Source: Candidatus Latescibacterota bacterium (GTDB lineage: Bacteria; Latescibacterota; UBA2968; GCA-2709665). Taken from it: a stretch of DNA of 64,000 bases. This document shows positions 21,101 through 29,790 of this stretch, piece after piece (within the stretch, counting starts at the first letter, position 1; each line of letters begins with the position of its first letter). The notes under the pieces are model-generated. The model saw only the letters and a program-made list of their open reading frames with translations, was not told the DNA's origin and did not search any database. The stretch covers positions 352,001-416,000 of the forward strand of contig CAXXJS010000010.1 in the NCBI GenBank assembly GCA_963662665.2, read 5' to 3'. The position numbers and the translations under genes are program-made.

Positions 21101-21249
21101 TGGGTGCGGAGACGCAGCGTCCGCTCGCCTCCGTCGTGGTAGGCGGTCTCATCACCTCTACCCTGTTGACGTTGATCCTCCTGCCGGTGATCTACGAGTG
21201 GATGGAAAAACGCGCCGAGCAACATGCAGACCATAGTCGTCCCATATAG
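18133..21249 (+). CDS. czcA: heavy-metal RND transporter (CzcA/CusA family)
   Basis: PIDAFPD, GMIVDGAVVVVEN, RLRPVLMTA; 1038 aa. Confidence 0.92.
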   Translation: MLEKLVETSVRYKVLVLIAFGAVAFLGWRAVVTVPIDAFPDVTPAQVNIYTESPGLAAEDVEQLLTFPVESAMAGLPRVKQIRSVSLFGLSYVAVYFEDDMDIYFARRLVMERLQEVGDRIPDGYGTPEMGPNTSGLGQVFWYTLERADEKLNAGITDMDLRTLHDWSVRLILRTAPGVDDVISWGGQERQYQVVIDPLSLIEYDLTFTDVIEVIEANNRQVGGQYVNLGAEQFLVRGLGLVKNEDDIGAMVVKVEDGTPVYLRHVADIVQGGALRFGAVTRDGKEVVLGMALSRIGENAAAVVDAVKEKVAIVNRSLPEGVKLRPVYERTDLVNRSVDTATNALLQGAIVVAIVLFLFLGELRSAVVVIASIPLAMLVAFIFMGQAGISANLMSLAGLAVGIGMIVDGAVVVVENAFRIMAERKEAGQAVDRSSAVLAAARSVANPIAFAIIIIIVVFLPLFALEGLEGKLFKPMAFNISFAMAGSLVLTLTLIPVLAALVLKPKELRDTWLVRVVKARYIPLLAGALENKKIVVRIAVGLLAASLALFPFLGREFMPQLQEGSIMWRVTSIPSASLDQSIAISKDIENALSGFPEVNTTVAMIGRAEKGETADVNYMEIYTELKPEDEWPGDRDIGELAEAMREKLEAVVPTAVVAFTQPIQMRVEELISGVRATLAAKIYGEDLAELNRLSLRIKDVIASVDGVADLSLEANIGKPQIRLQVRRDHLARFGMSTDEVLSVVRTGIGNEPVSTLIDGVRRFDITARLDDASKSSVQAIGRIPLKTSVGAIIPLSEVTDVSVAQGYSFVRREQLQRYAVIQMDVRGRDIDGFVRDANAAIEQQIGLPPGYWIEWGGAFENQQRALARLSIIVPLTILFIFVLLYTAFNSVKYAMLIIANVPFATIGGLIALFISGQYVSVPSAIGFITVFGVAMLNGIVLVSFINELRQKGHSIEEAVRQGASLRLRPVLMTASTSILGLMPMLLSSGVGAETQRPLASVVVGGLITSTLLTLILLPVIYEWMEKRAEQHADHSRPI

Positions 21250-21258
21250 GAGAAAACC

Positions 21259-22536
21259 ATGAAAAGCGGTGTCGCGGTGGCAGACATTACGCCGGAACCG
21301 GGTCCCGTGCTGCAGGGGCACTGGAGTACGAATCCCTCGCACTCGGTGCTGTACCCGCTGGAGGTTCGGGCAATCGTGTTCGAAGAGGCAGGGGTGAGGA
21401 CGGCGATCGCCACCCTGGATGTAATTGGCGTGAGGAAAGAGACGACCGATCGGATCCGGGCGCAGGTGACCGAGGCTTGCGGCATTCCGGGCGATCACGT
21501 GATGGTGGCGTGCAGCCACACGCATTCAGCGCCGGCCACCCTGCCATCGCTGGGGATGGAACCACCGGAAGGATGGATGGAAACGATCGAGAGAGAAACC
21601 GCGGCGAGCATTGCACGGGCGGCGGCGGACCTCAAGCCCGTGCGGTTCGGGCTGGGATGTGGTTCGGCGCATTTCAATATTTGCCGCAGGCCGCTGCCGG
21701 GCACGGCCGGCATGATGCTGAATTTCGGCGGTATCGTGGACCGGCGCGCACGTGTGCTATTGGTGGAGGCGGAGGACGGGGTTCCGCAGGCGGTGCTGTT
21801 TCACTATTCATGCCATACCACCACCAAGAGCGGGGCCGAGGGTTATATTTCGCCCGATTACGCGGGTATCGCCCGTCGCGTGATTGAAGACGCGATTGGA
21901 TGTAAAGCGCTGTTTCTGGCAGGGTGCTTCGGTAATATTCGGCCTGCCGTATTGAATCCTGAAACGGGAGGATTCAAATCCGCAAGCAAAGCCGAACTGG
22001 ATGCATGCGGTGAGGAGTTGGGGCGCGAAGTGGTACGCGTAGCGCAAAACCTGAAGACCCGTCGGACTTCGCAATTAAGCGCCAGGCGCACCGATATGCG
22101 GATTTCATTCGGCGAGCACGATCCGGTTGAGAAGCTTCGGGCAATCGCGACCGACGAGAGCGACCGCGGGCGCCTGCTGATCGGGCCCTGGGCAGCCCGG
22201 GTGTTGGAGATGATCGGGAGCGGCGGGATACCCGACAGCCGCGAAACGGAAATGCAGCTGATGGCGGTGGGGCCTCTGACGTGTGTCACCATCCCCGGTG
22301 AGCCAGTACAGGAAATCGGACACGCAATTGAGAAACGCCTGAGGGGAATGATGGATGCGGATGACGTGTGGCCGGTGGGATATGCGAACGACGAAATCGG
22401 ATACCTCTGTACCGAACGGCAATACGAGGAGGGGGGATACGAGCCCAACGCATACCCCTATTACGGCGAACCGGCCAGGTTCAAGGGGGAAGAGAAAACC
22501 ATCGTGCAGACGGCACAGTCCCTGGCGAAGGCTTGA
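21259..22536 (+). CDS. neutral/alkaline ceramidase-like amidohydrolase
   Basis: DITP, SHTHSAP, HYSCH, IPGE, GYAND and EGGYE motifs. Confidence 0.75.
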   Translation: MKSGVAVADITPEPGPVLQGHWSTNPSHSVLYPLEVRAIVFEEAGVRTAIATLDVIGVRKETTDRIRAQVTEACGIPGDHVMVACSHTHSAPATLPSLGMEPPEGWMETIERETAASIARAAADLKPVRFGLGCGSAHFNICRRPLPGTAGMMLNFGGIVDRRARVLLVEAEDGVPQAVLFHYSCHTTTKSGAEGYISPDYAGIARRVIEDAIGCKALFLAGCFGNIRPAVLNPETGGFKSASKAELDACGEELGREVVRVAQNLKTRRTSQLSARRTDMRISFGEHDPVEKLRAIATDESDRGRLLIGPWAARVLEMIGSGGIPDSRETEMQLMAVGPLTCVTIPGEPVQEIGHAIEKRLRGMMDADDVWPVGYANDEIGYLCTERQYEEGGYEPNAYPYYGEPARFKGEEKTIVQTAQSLAKA

Positions 22537-22546
22537 GCAGGTGCAA

Positions 22547-23605
22547 ATGAAACGGGGAGAAATCGACCTCCGGCCGTATTCGGCGGGCGTGTCCGGACGC
22601 GCGGTCCGCGCGGCGATTTACGGAACCGGGTCCTGGGCGAACCAGACCCACATTCCGAACTTGAAGAAGCTGGGCGTGGACGTCGTTGCGGCCTGCGACG
22701 TGGACGCCGCGGCCCTGAGTTGCACGGCAAAGCGCTTCGACATTCCGGCGGTTTATACTGATGGTCACGAGATGGTGGAGAAGGAGCGGTTCGACGTACT
22801 CTTTTCGATTGTGCCGGCTTTTGCACGCACGGACGTCGAAATCAGAGCCGTGGAACGCGGCGTTCATCTGTTCAGTGAAAAGCCGCAGGCGCTTCGCATG
22901 GCCGTGGCCCTCGAGATCGACAGGGCGGTCCGGAAAGCGGCCGTGTTGAGTACAGTCTGTTTTCGGGAACGATACCGACCGCTCTTCGGTGAGGCGCGGC
23001 GGATTCTGTCGAAGAAGCGGATCGTGCACGTCGTGTTTCGGTCCGTAGGTGGACCGCCCCCGCGTAAGGAGGGTATGGAACAGGCTTCCTGGTGGCGCCA
23101 GATGGACAAATCGGGGGGGCCAGCACTCGACTGGGGCGTGCATGCGCTGGATTATACCCGGTTTACGACCGGTTTGGAAGTCGATAAAGTCCAGGCGTTC
23201 TATTGCGAGCAGTCCGAGGTTTTCAGCGATCCGCTCTCGTCCTCCTTCCATTTCCTGCTGGACAACGGCGCGACAATGACGATGACGTTTGTACGTGCGG
23301 ATCCATCGGGTACGCCGCAGCCGTGGTTCACGTTTTTCTTCGAAGGGGGACGACTGGAAATCTATGATTACGACAGAATCGATCTGAACGGAGAGACGGT
23401 CTATCGGGGCGGGGAATTCGACCCATGGTTCGAGCAGGATCGGATTTTTGTGGAGGCATTGCGTTCGGGGCATCGCGGAGGTATACTCAACAACTATCAC
23501 GATGGCCTGTATTCCCTGGCGCCAATCCTTGCAGGGTGGGACTCTGCCCGTCAGGGCGGGCGATGTATTGACGTCAACGCCTACTACATGCAGGAGGAAG
23601 CATGA
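22547..23605 (+). CDS. Gfo/Idh/MocA family oxidoreductase
   Basis: N-terminal Rossmann YGTG, SEKP motif and DWGVH. Confidence 0.85.
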   Translation: MKRGEIDLRPYSAGVSGRAVRAAIYGTGSWANQTHIPNLKKLGVDVVAACDVDAAALSCTAKRFDIPAVYTDGHEMVEKERFDVLFSIVPAFARTDVEIRAVERGVHLFSEKPQALRMAVALEIDRAVRKAAVLSTVCFRERYRPLFGEARRILSKKRIVHVVFRSVGGPPPRKEGMEQASWWRQMDKSGGPALDWGVHALDYTRFTTGLEVDKVQAFYCEQSEVFSDPLSSSFHFLLDNGATMTMTFVRADPSGTPQPWFTFFFEGGRLEIYDYDRIDLNGETVYRGGEFDPWFEQDRIFVEALRSGHRGGILNNYHDGLYSLAPILAGWDSARQGGRCIDVNAYYMQEEA

Positions 23606-24438
23606 TGGAAGATAAAGGCTATGCCAATCCCGATTTACTGATGACACCGTCGCATTTGCGTGGTCGTCTCCACGACGAATCGACCTGCGTCGTGGACGTC
23701 CGGCCTACGCACGAATACGTTTCCGGGCATATTCCGGGAGCGCTCCACCTGGATCTCTACGGAATCAGTCTGCATAACACCGGACGACAGGCATTCGAAG
23801 CGTTTATGTGGACCCTGGCCTACCTGATGGGAAGCCGGGGGATCAGCTCCGATGCCACGGTGGTGTTTTACGAAAACGACTCCGGAATGCGCGCGGCCCG
23901 AGGTTTCTGGATTTGTGAATATCTGGGCCACCGTGACGTGCATATACTGGACGGGGGACTTCAGGCTTGGACGGCGGCGGGATTCGAGACCACGGTTGAA
24001 GTCCCGATCCCGGTCCAGGCCACGTTCGATATGGCGCCCCTGGCGGAACGCCATATCGGTTTCGGGGAGATTCGGGATTCGCTGGGTAAGGCGGATTTCG
24101 TGCCGCTGGATACGCGAAGCGACGACGAGTACTACGGTCGGGTGGCGCGTTCCGCCCGGGGTGGGGCGATCCCGGACGCCGTGCATATCGAATATCTGAA
24201 CAACCTGGATGAGTCCGGTGCGTTCAAGCCGGCTGTAGAGTTGCGCGCGATGTACGAGCGCGCAGGCGTCATGCCGGAGCAGACCGTGGCATGCTACTGA
24301 CAGGGCGGGTACCGTTCCTCCCATTCGTACCTGGCGTTGCGCCTGCTGGGCTATCGAAACGTGCGCAACTATATCGGGTCGTGGAAGGAATGGGGCGACC
24401 GGCTGGACCTGCCGGTGGAAGTTCCGGAAGCGCCGTAA
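23602..24438 (+). CDS. two-domain sulfurtransferase (rhodanese/SseA family), probable selenoprotein with TGA 24298-24300 read as Sec
   Basis: GHIPGA and LDGG motifs. The frame continues past TGA as [45 protein letters not shown] to TAA 24438, and the TGA sits at the catalytic Cys position. Confidence 0.88.
24301..24339 (+). promoter_or_regulatory. candidate bacterial SECIS hairpin
   Basis: CGGGTAC (24306-12) pairs with GTACCTG (24327-33) just 3' of the UGA. The stem can be extended with G-U pairs, but the 14-nt loop is large. Confidence 0.4.
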
Positions 24439-24496
24439 TTGAATCGGGAAACGTGTGCGTCGTCAAAGGGATTTCGCACGAGGGGACGGGATGATA

Positions 24497-24964
24497 TCAG
24501 ACACCTCCCATTTTGCAGACGATTTCAAATTCCCGTTTCCTGACGGGTTGGATGGATAAACGCTGGCCCCGCCGGACAACCAGCATTTCACCCAATTCAG
24601 GATTGGCTTTGAGGTCTTTAAGATGAACATACGTCTTGAAGGCCTTTTTCCATTTGACGTCCACGGAGAACCAGCGTGGATCGCCGGGCGTCGATTTGGC
24701 ATCGTAGTAGTTGCTCGCCGGGTCGAAGGCCGATGGGTCAGGATAGGCGGCACGGACAATTTCCGCCAGTCCGGCAATGCCGGGTTCGTCGCAGTTGGAC
24801 TGGTAGAAGAGGACGATGTCGCCCGTACGCATTTCGTCGCGGATGAAGTTGCGGGCCTGGTAGTTGCGCACGCCGCGCCACTTCCCGGTACTGCCGGGAC
24901 GGTTATTCTTCAGATCGTCGAAGCTGCATTCGCTGAACTCGCACTTCATCAGCCAGTATTTCAT
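24497..24964 (-). CDS. EVE domain protein
   Basis: YWLMKxE, WxGVRNYQARN and RLSIQPV motifs. Confidence 0.92.
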   Translation of the reverse strand: MKYWLMKCEFSECSFDDLKNNRPGSTGKWRGVRNYQARNFIRDEMRTGDIVLFYQSNCDEPGIAGLAEIVRAAYPDPSAFDPASNYYDAKSTPGDPRWFSVDVKWKKAFKTYVHLKDLKANPELGEMLVVRRGQRLSIQPVRKREFEIVCKMGGV

Positions 24965-25024
24965 TGGCGCGATCTCCTCGCCGGCAAATGAGGCGCGGCG
25001 GGTCCCGCGCCTTTTTCCTGTTTG

Positions 25025-26062
25025 TCAGGCGTCGTTCGCGATTTCTCCGAGCATCAGGGGCCACGCATCCTCGGCATAGAACCGGTGGCCGCCGTTGCCG
25101 ACGACCAGGTGGCAGCGGTGGGAAGCGCCCGCCGCGGCGTATATTCTCTTGAGATGGTGAAACGCCTTCCGAACGCCGGCGACAGGGAAAATCCCGTCGT
25201 CTTTTCCGGCGACGATAACGACCGGTTTTGGCGCAAATAGGCCCATGACGTCGGCCATTTCAGCGTATTTCAGCAAGCCGGGCACGTAGTTGTCCGCGCA
25301 GTGGTAAATGGACATAACGGAGTCACGGAACGTGCAGAAATAACACGAGGGCATTGCGTAGGAGATGCGCGGCAGTAAGGCCGAGGCAAAGAGGCTGACG
25401 GTTCCGCCCCCCGAATTGCCCATAACGCCGAGGCGATCGGGATTGGCGTCGTCCCGGGAGAGAAGGTAGTCGATCCCTCTGTCTACGTCGTAGACGCGTT
25501 CTCCCAGCAATGTACGGCCGAGCATGAGCGCGTGCATGGTGGCGTCGTGACATCCGTGGCCGGATATCTTCTGCTGGACCAGTTCCCGCCGTTCGCCGAA
25601 AGAGCGCTGTTCGATACACAGGGCGGCGATGCCCCGCCTCATGCAACCGAGGCCGAAGTCCCTGTCGCCGGGAACCTCGATTGGCTCGCTGTTATCGTCC
25701 CGGGCAACGGCGATTGAGTTGTGCATGCCCGTGGAGTGGCCCTGGAGACAGATGAAAAAAGTGTATGGCGGTTCGATGCCCGCCGGCAGACACACGTACG
25801 CGGGAACGTCGGCGTACGGCTCGGTGCTAAATACGATTTTCTCAATACTCCCAAGCGGATGGTCCCGCTTCCAGAGGGTGCGGACATCCAGGGAGACCCG
25901 TTCTTCGGGCATATCCCCGACAAGCTGACGGACTTTTCGGCGAAGTTTCCGCTGCCACGGCTTGAGGTCGTCCCCTCGATACGCCAGCGAGGGTTCGAGT
26001 GTGTCCATCAGGTGCCGGTGATGCACCGATGGGGAGAAGCTGAAACCGGCCTCGCATGCCAT
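25025..26062 (-). CDS. alpha/beta hydrolase (acetyl xylan esterase/Abhydrolase_7-like)
   Basis: GNSGGG nucleophile elbow, D and H triad residues (GGHRF). Confidence 0.8.
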   Translation of the reverse strand: MACEAGFSFSPSVHHRHLMDTLEPSLAYRGDDLKPWQRKLRRKVRQLVGDMPEERVSLDVRTLWKRDHPLGSIEKIVFSTEPYADVPAYVCLPAGIEPPYTFFICLQGHSTGMHNSIAVARDDNSEPIEVPGDRDFGLGCMRRGIAALCIEQRSFGERRELVQQKISGHGCHDATMHALMLGRTLLGERVYDVDRGIDYLLSRDDANPDRLGVMGNSGGGTVSLFASALLPRISYAMPSCYFCTFRDSVMSIYHCADNYVPGLLKYAEMADVMGLFAPKPVVIVAGKDDGIFPVAGVRKAFHHLKRIYAAAGASHRCHLVVGNGGHRFYAEDAWPLMLGEIANDA

Positions 26063-26124
26063 GGGGTCGCCTCGTGTCTTGAAAACCAGATCATTGAGTG
26101 GTACTCAGGTGCCGCGGTGAGGGG

Positions 26125-27594
26125 CTAAACGCCTTCCATCACTCTCGCCCGTTGCTTCCATTTCTCATAGTTGGGTGAAAGCGACAGCGCGCCGTCAGGC
26201 TGAGGCACGAGTCTGCCGTTCCGGCCGCGGGGATCGCCGCGGTCTTCGTTGATTCCGGCCAGGCGTCTGCGCCAGACGTCGATTCGAGGTTGAAGATTGG
26301 ATTCCGCTGCCAGGTCGTTGCATTCCAGAGGGTCCGTTTTCAGGTCGAAGAATTGTTCGGCGCCGGTATGGTGGAACCAGATGTACTTTTCATGTCCGTC
26401 GGTAACGTATTGCATACCGTGCTCTTTGTCGTAACAGGTGGTGTGTTCGCCCTGTACGAATCCTCGCCAGCCGTCAGTTTCGCCTCGCGATAGTCTGAGC
26501 AGGCTGAGGCCGTCTACGGATTCGGGGACGGGAACGCCCGCGGCGTCCAGAAACGTGGGCATGATGTCTCGCAACTCGACCGGCTGGCCCAGCGTCCGGT
26601 TGCGGGAAATGTCCCAGGTGTCCGGAAATTTCAGTATAAAGGGGATCCGGGCGGAGCCTTCGTACGCGTAGGTTTTGCGCCAGTGGTGGTGATCGCCCAT
26701 CATGTCGCCGTGGTCCGACGTGAACAGAATGAGGGTGTTGGCCGAGGCCGCCGGGTCGTGCCGGCGCAGTTCGTGCAGGACGCGGCCGATCTGATGGTCG
26801 ATGAACGTGATGTTGCCGTAATATGCCGCGCGAGCGCGATGAGTTTCCGCGTCGGTGCGCCGGGTGCGCGGGGCGTTCACGTCGGCGATTTGGCGGTCGT
26901 ACCGGGCGGACCACGCTCCCACGGCCGCCTTGGGCACATCGGGATTGTCTATATACATATCGTAGTAGGTTTGCGGCGCGTCGTACGGAGAATGGGGACG
27001 GGCGAACGACAGCCATAGAAAGAAAGGTTTTGTCGGGTCTCGATTCTCAAGGAATCGGATGCCCTCCGAGGCTGTCCAGTGCGTGGGGTGCAGGTGTTCC
27101 GGCAGATGCGATGGACGGGCCATCCATGAGTTCCAGTCGACGCTGTGGTCGCGGTAGCCGTATTCTCCCTCTTTGTGTTTCTCGAAGAAAACGTGGTAGT
27201 CGCTGATGAAGTTGCCCAGGCGTCGCCCGCTTTCGTCCAGGACCATATGGTGAAACCCGTGGAGTCTGCGCTGAGGGTGGAAGTGCATCTTGCCCACGGC
27301 CTGGGTGTGATAGCCCGCATCGGCGAGTTCGCCGGGCAACGTGGCCGGGTATTCGAGCGGGTCGGCGCCTGTCATTGTGAGTCGGCCATGGTTCCACTGG
27401 TCCATTCCCGTCAGGATACCCGCGCGGGCCGGCGTGCATGAGGGGACGGAGGTATAGGCGTGGTTGAAACGCGCGCCGCCTTCCGCCAGTTCATCCAGGT
27501 AGGGGGTTTCGAGAACCGGGTGGCCGTCGCACCCGAGGCAATCGCCGCGCTGCTGGTCGGTGGTTATAAGTAGCAGGTTAGGTCTGGGAGTCAT
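26125..27594 (-). CDS. Cys-type sulfatase
   Basis: TTDQ, CTPAR, GKMH and SDHGD motifs. Confidence 0.92.
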   Translation of the reverse strand: MTPRPNLLLITTDQQRGDCLGCDGHPVLETPYLDELAEGGARFNHAYTSVPSCTPARAGILTGMDQWNHGRLTMTGADPLEYPATLPGELADAGYHTQAVGKMHFHPQRRLHGFHHMVLDESGRRLGNFISDYHVFFEKHKEGEYGYRDHSVDWNSWMARPSHLPEHLHPTHWTASEGIRFLENRDPTKPFFLWLSFARPHSPYDAPQTYYDMYIDNPDVPKAAVGAWSARYDRQIADVNAPRTRRTDAETHRARAAYYGNITFIDHQIGRVLHELRRHDPAASANTLILFTSDHGDMMGDHHHWRKTYAYEGSARIPFILKFPDTWDISRNRTLGQPVELRDIMPTFLDAAGVPVPESVDGLSLLRLSRGETDGWRGFVQGEHTTCYDKEHGMQYVTDGHEKYIWFHHTGAEQFFDLKTDPLECNDLAAESNLQPRIDVWRRRLAGINEDRGDPRGRNGRLVPQPDGALSLSPNYEKWKQRARVMEGV

Positions 27595-27820
27595 ACATGC
27601 ACGAGTAGATAAAATGGAAATTCCGGTTCCGGTTGCTGGCGCTAGGCGGCAGCGTTCGTGGCGTCGTTCCGATGGTTGATTTGCCGAAGGAGTGATCCCG
27701 ATCGTTTACATCTGAATGCTGTTCCGAAGATGGAATTGTGTATTTGTGCCGATTTGGACGTATGTGTTGGCAACGCGCTGATGGTCAATCAGGCCCTGTG
27801 GGTACGAAACGCCGCCCTTG

Positions 27821-28549
27821 TCAACTCTGATTCAGGTAAGTCGCTGTATATTGCCGTTCAACCCGTCCGCTCGCTAACATGGATCCGATGACGATCAGCC
27901 AGATCAGGAAGCCCGTTCCGACCACCATGTGGATCGCCTTCGCGGCGTCAAACCAGATGAATAGCATCGCGACGCCCAGAACTGCGGATATCGGCGCCAT
28001 CTTACGCAGCGCGCCGCCTACTTTCCACTGATACCTGGAAGCCACCACCAGCGCGAATCCCGCCGCGGCGAAGCCCCCAGCGCCCGTGAGCCACCGCAGG
28101 CCTGACATCGACTCCAGTACGGACATGTCGGGCGCGGGTGAGGCCCCGGCGACTGAAACGGTCTCGAGTGCCGGATGAACGGCGATCAGGATTGCGATCC
28201 CTCCCGATACCGTGGTGAACGCACCCGATAACACGAACAGGTACGGGACGGCCGACGTCGCCCAGCCCCCTCGAATAATCCAGGTCTGCAACAGGAGCAA
28301 ACCTGCCACCAGGAGGGCAATGCCGGACAACAGCCGGGCAACTCCTGAAAGGATGTACATGACCGGGCGCTGTGAAATGGCGACCAGCGACTCGAGCAGC
28401 GTCGCCTGGTCGGCGTCGGCGGCAACCCGCGTGTAGATGAGCGCAACCGTAAAGATTACGGTAAGCAGGAAGAGAAATCCCGCCTTCCGAGCCGCACGAT
28501 CCGTCGGTTGACTCTGAGAGGACGGTTTGGGGGTGGCGGATTCTGGCAT
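27821..28549 (-). CDS. multi-pass membrane protein (DUF4386-like)
   Basis: About six hydrophobic helices. Start set at ATG 28549 to avoid overlapping the dipeptidase gene. Confidence 0.55.
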   Translation of the reverse strand: MPESATPKPSSQSQPTDRAARKAGFLFLLTVIFTVALIYTRVAADADQATLLESLVAISQRPVMYILSGVARLLSGIALLVAGLLLLQTWIIRGGWATSAVPYLFVLSGAFTTVSGGIAILIAVHPALETVSVAGASPAPDMSVLESMSGLRWLTGAGGFAAAGFALVVASRYQWKVGGALRKMAPISAVLGVAMLFIWFDAAKAIHMVVGTGFLIWLIVIGSMLASGRVERQYTATYLNQS

Positions 28550-28641
28550 ATCCGGGGGTCTTTCATTGTTTTGCGGGAGGACAGGGAAGAAGCCGGAGAA
28601 TTGAACGACAACCTGCCCCTTAACCGAGACCGTACGACCAA

Positions 28642-29724
28642 CTACCCCCAGACGTCCTTGAGGAATTGGACCCAATTGCCGGAAAGGATATTGCGAATGT
28701 CGGATTCGACATAACCGCGGCGCTGGAGGATGCGGACCATGTTCTGCAGATCGGCGATGGTATTGAGGTCGCGCGGGGCCTGTTCCTGTCCGAAACCGCC
28801 GTCCAGGTCCGTGCCGATGCCGGCGTGTTTCGCGTTTCCCGCCAGTTGGCAGACGTGGTCGATGTGATCGGCTACGGTCTCGAGGGTGGCTTTCGTGTTC
28901 TGGGCCCAGCAGGGAATATCACGGTTCCAGTCCGGATCCAGCATCCAGGCATCGAATGCGGCGCCGATCACGCCGCCCCGTTCGATGATGGCTGCGATCA
29001 TTTCGTCGGTAAGCTGCCGCTGGCCGGGTGTGAGGGCGCGGCAGTTATGGTGAGAGGCGGCCACGGGGCCGTCGTAGACGTCCAGGACTTCCCAGAAGGC
29101 CTGGTCCGTGGTGTGGGTGAGGTCGACAATTATTCCGGCTTCCTTCAGCGCGTCGAGAAGGGGTCTGCCGCGTTCCAGCAGGCCGCCCTCGGTGCCCGTG
29201 CCGTGGCAATAGGAACTGACGCCATAGTGGGAGATGCTCACGATTCGGAGCCCCAGATCGTACCATTCGGGAACCTGGGACGGGTCCAGGATGGGGTCGG
29301 CGCTTTCCATGGCGACCACAAGGCCGATGGGCGTGTCCGGCGCGGGGTTTTCCCACGCCGCCACCGTTTCGTCCAGGTCCCGCGAGTTGCGGATGAAACG
29401 AATAACGCCTTCGCGTTCCATCGCCTGATAATAGGCCAGGTGGCCTCTACCTACGCCGTGGCACTGGTCCTGGCAGTACATACCCGTCCGGGTCCAGCGG
29501 TCGTTGGGGTCGGTGCGGGACATCATCGTGCCGAAGATGATGCCCACGTTGCCCCGGCGGAGTTCAGGAAAGGTCACGGTGCAGCTTCCGAAGCTGCGCA
29601 TCACCGGCTCGGCGTCGTGGACGCGGACGGTTGCGGCCGGTTGCGTGAGGTCCCGATTGACCTGAATTGCGCTGAACCCGAGGTCCAGGTGGCTGTCTGC
29701 GATGAGGTACGGGCGGTCCGGCAT
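28642..29724 (-). CDS. membrane dipeptidase family M19 (paralog 1)
   Basis: DSHLD, MESAD, DLTH, ASHHN and GIGTDLDG motifs. Confidence 0.9.
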   Translation of the reverse strand: MPDRPYLIADSHLDLGFSAIQVNRDLTQPAATVRVHDAEPVMRSFGSCTVTFPELRRGNVGIIFGTMMSRTDPNDRWTRTGMYCQDQCHGVGRGHLAYYQAMEREGVIRFIRNSRDLDETVAAWENPAPDTPIGLVVAMESADPILDPSQVPEWYDLGLRIVSISHYGVSSYCHGTGTEGGLLERGRPLLDALKEAGIIVDLTHTTDQAFWEVLDVYDGPVAASHHNCRALTPGQRQLTDEMIAAIIERGGVIGAAFDAWMLDPDWNRDIPCWAQNTKATLETVADHIDHVCQLAGNAKHAGIGTDLDGGFGQEQAPRDLNTIADLQNMVRILQRRGYVESDIRNILSGNWVQFLKDVWG

Positions 29725-29790
29725 TCGAAAGCCTTGATATAGTCAGCCCGGGAGGCTAAAAGAGGCGGGCAGGTGGTAGAACTGCTGGCA

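Noticed and set aside
23602-24300. Truncated rhodanese or pseudogene
   Set aside because: The sequence after the TGA preserves the active-site loop and C-terminal signature in frame, so selenocysteine read-through is the simpler explanation.
24497-24964. Functional link between the EVE protein and the Sec-rhodanese in RNA modification
   Set aside because: The genes are convergent and in different operons, and nothing supports a link beyond adjacency.
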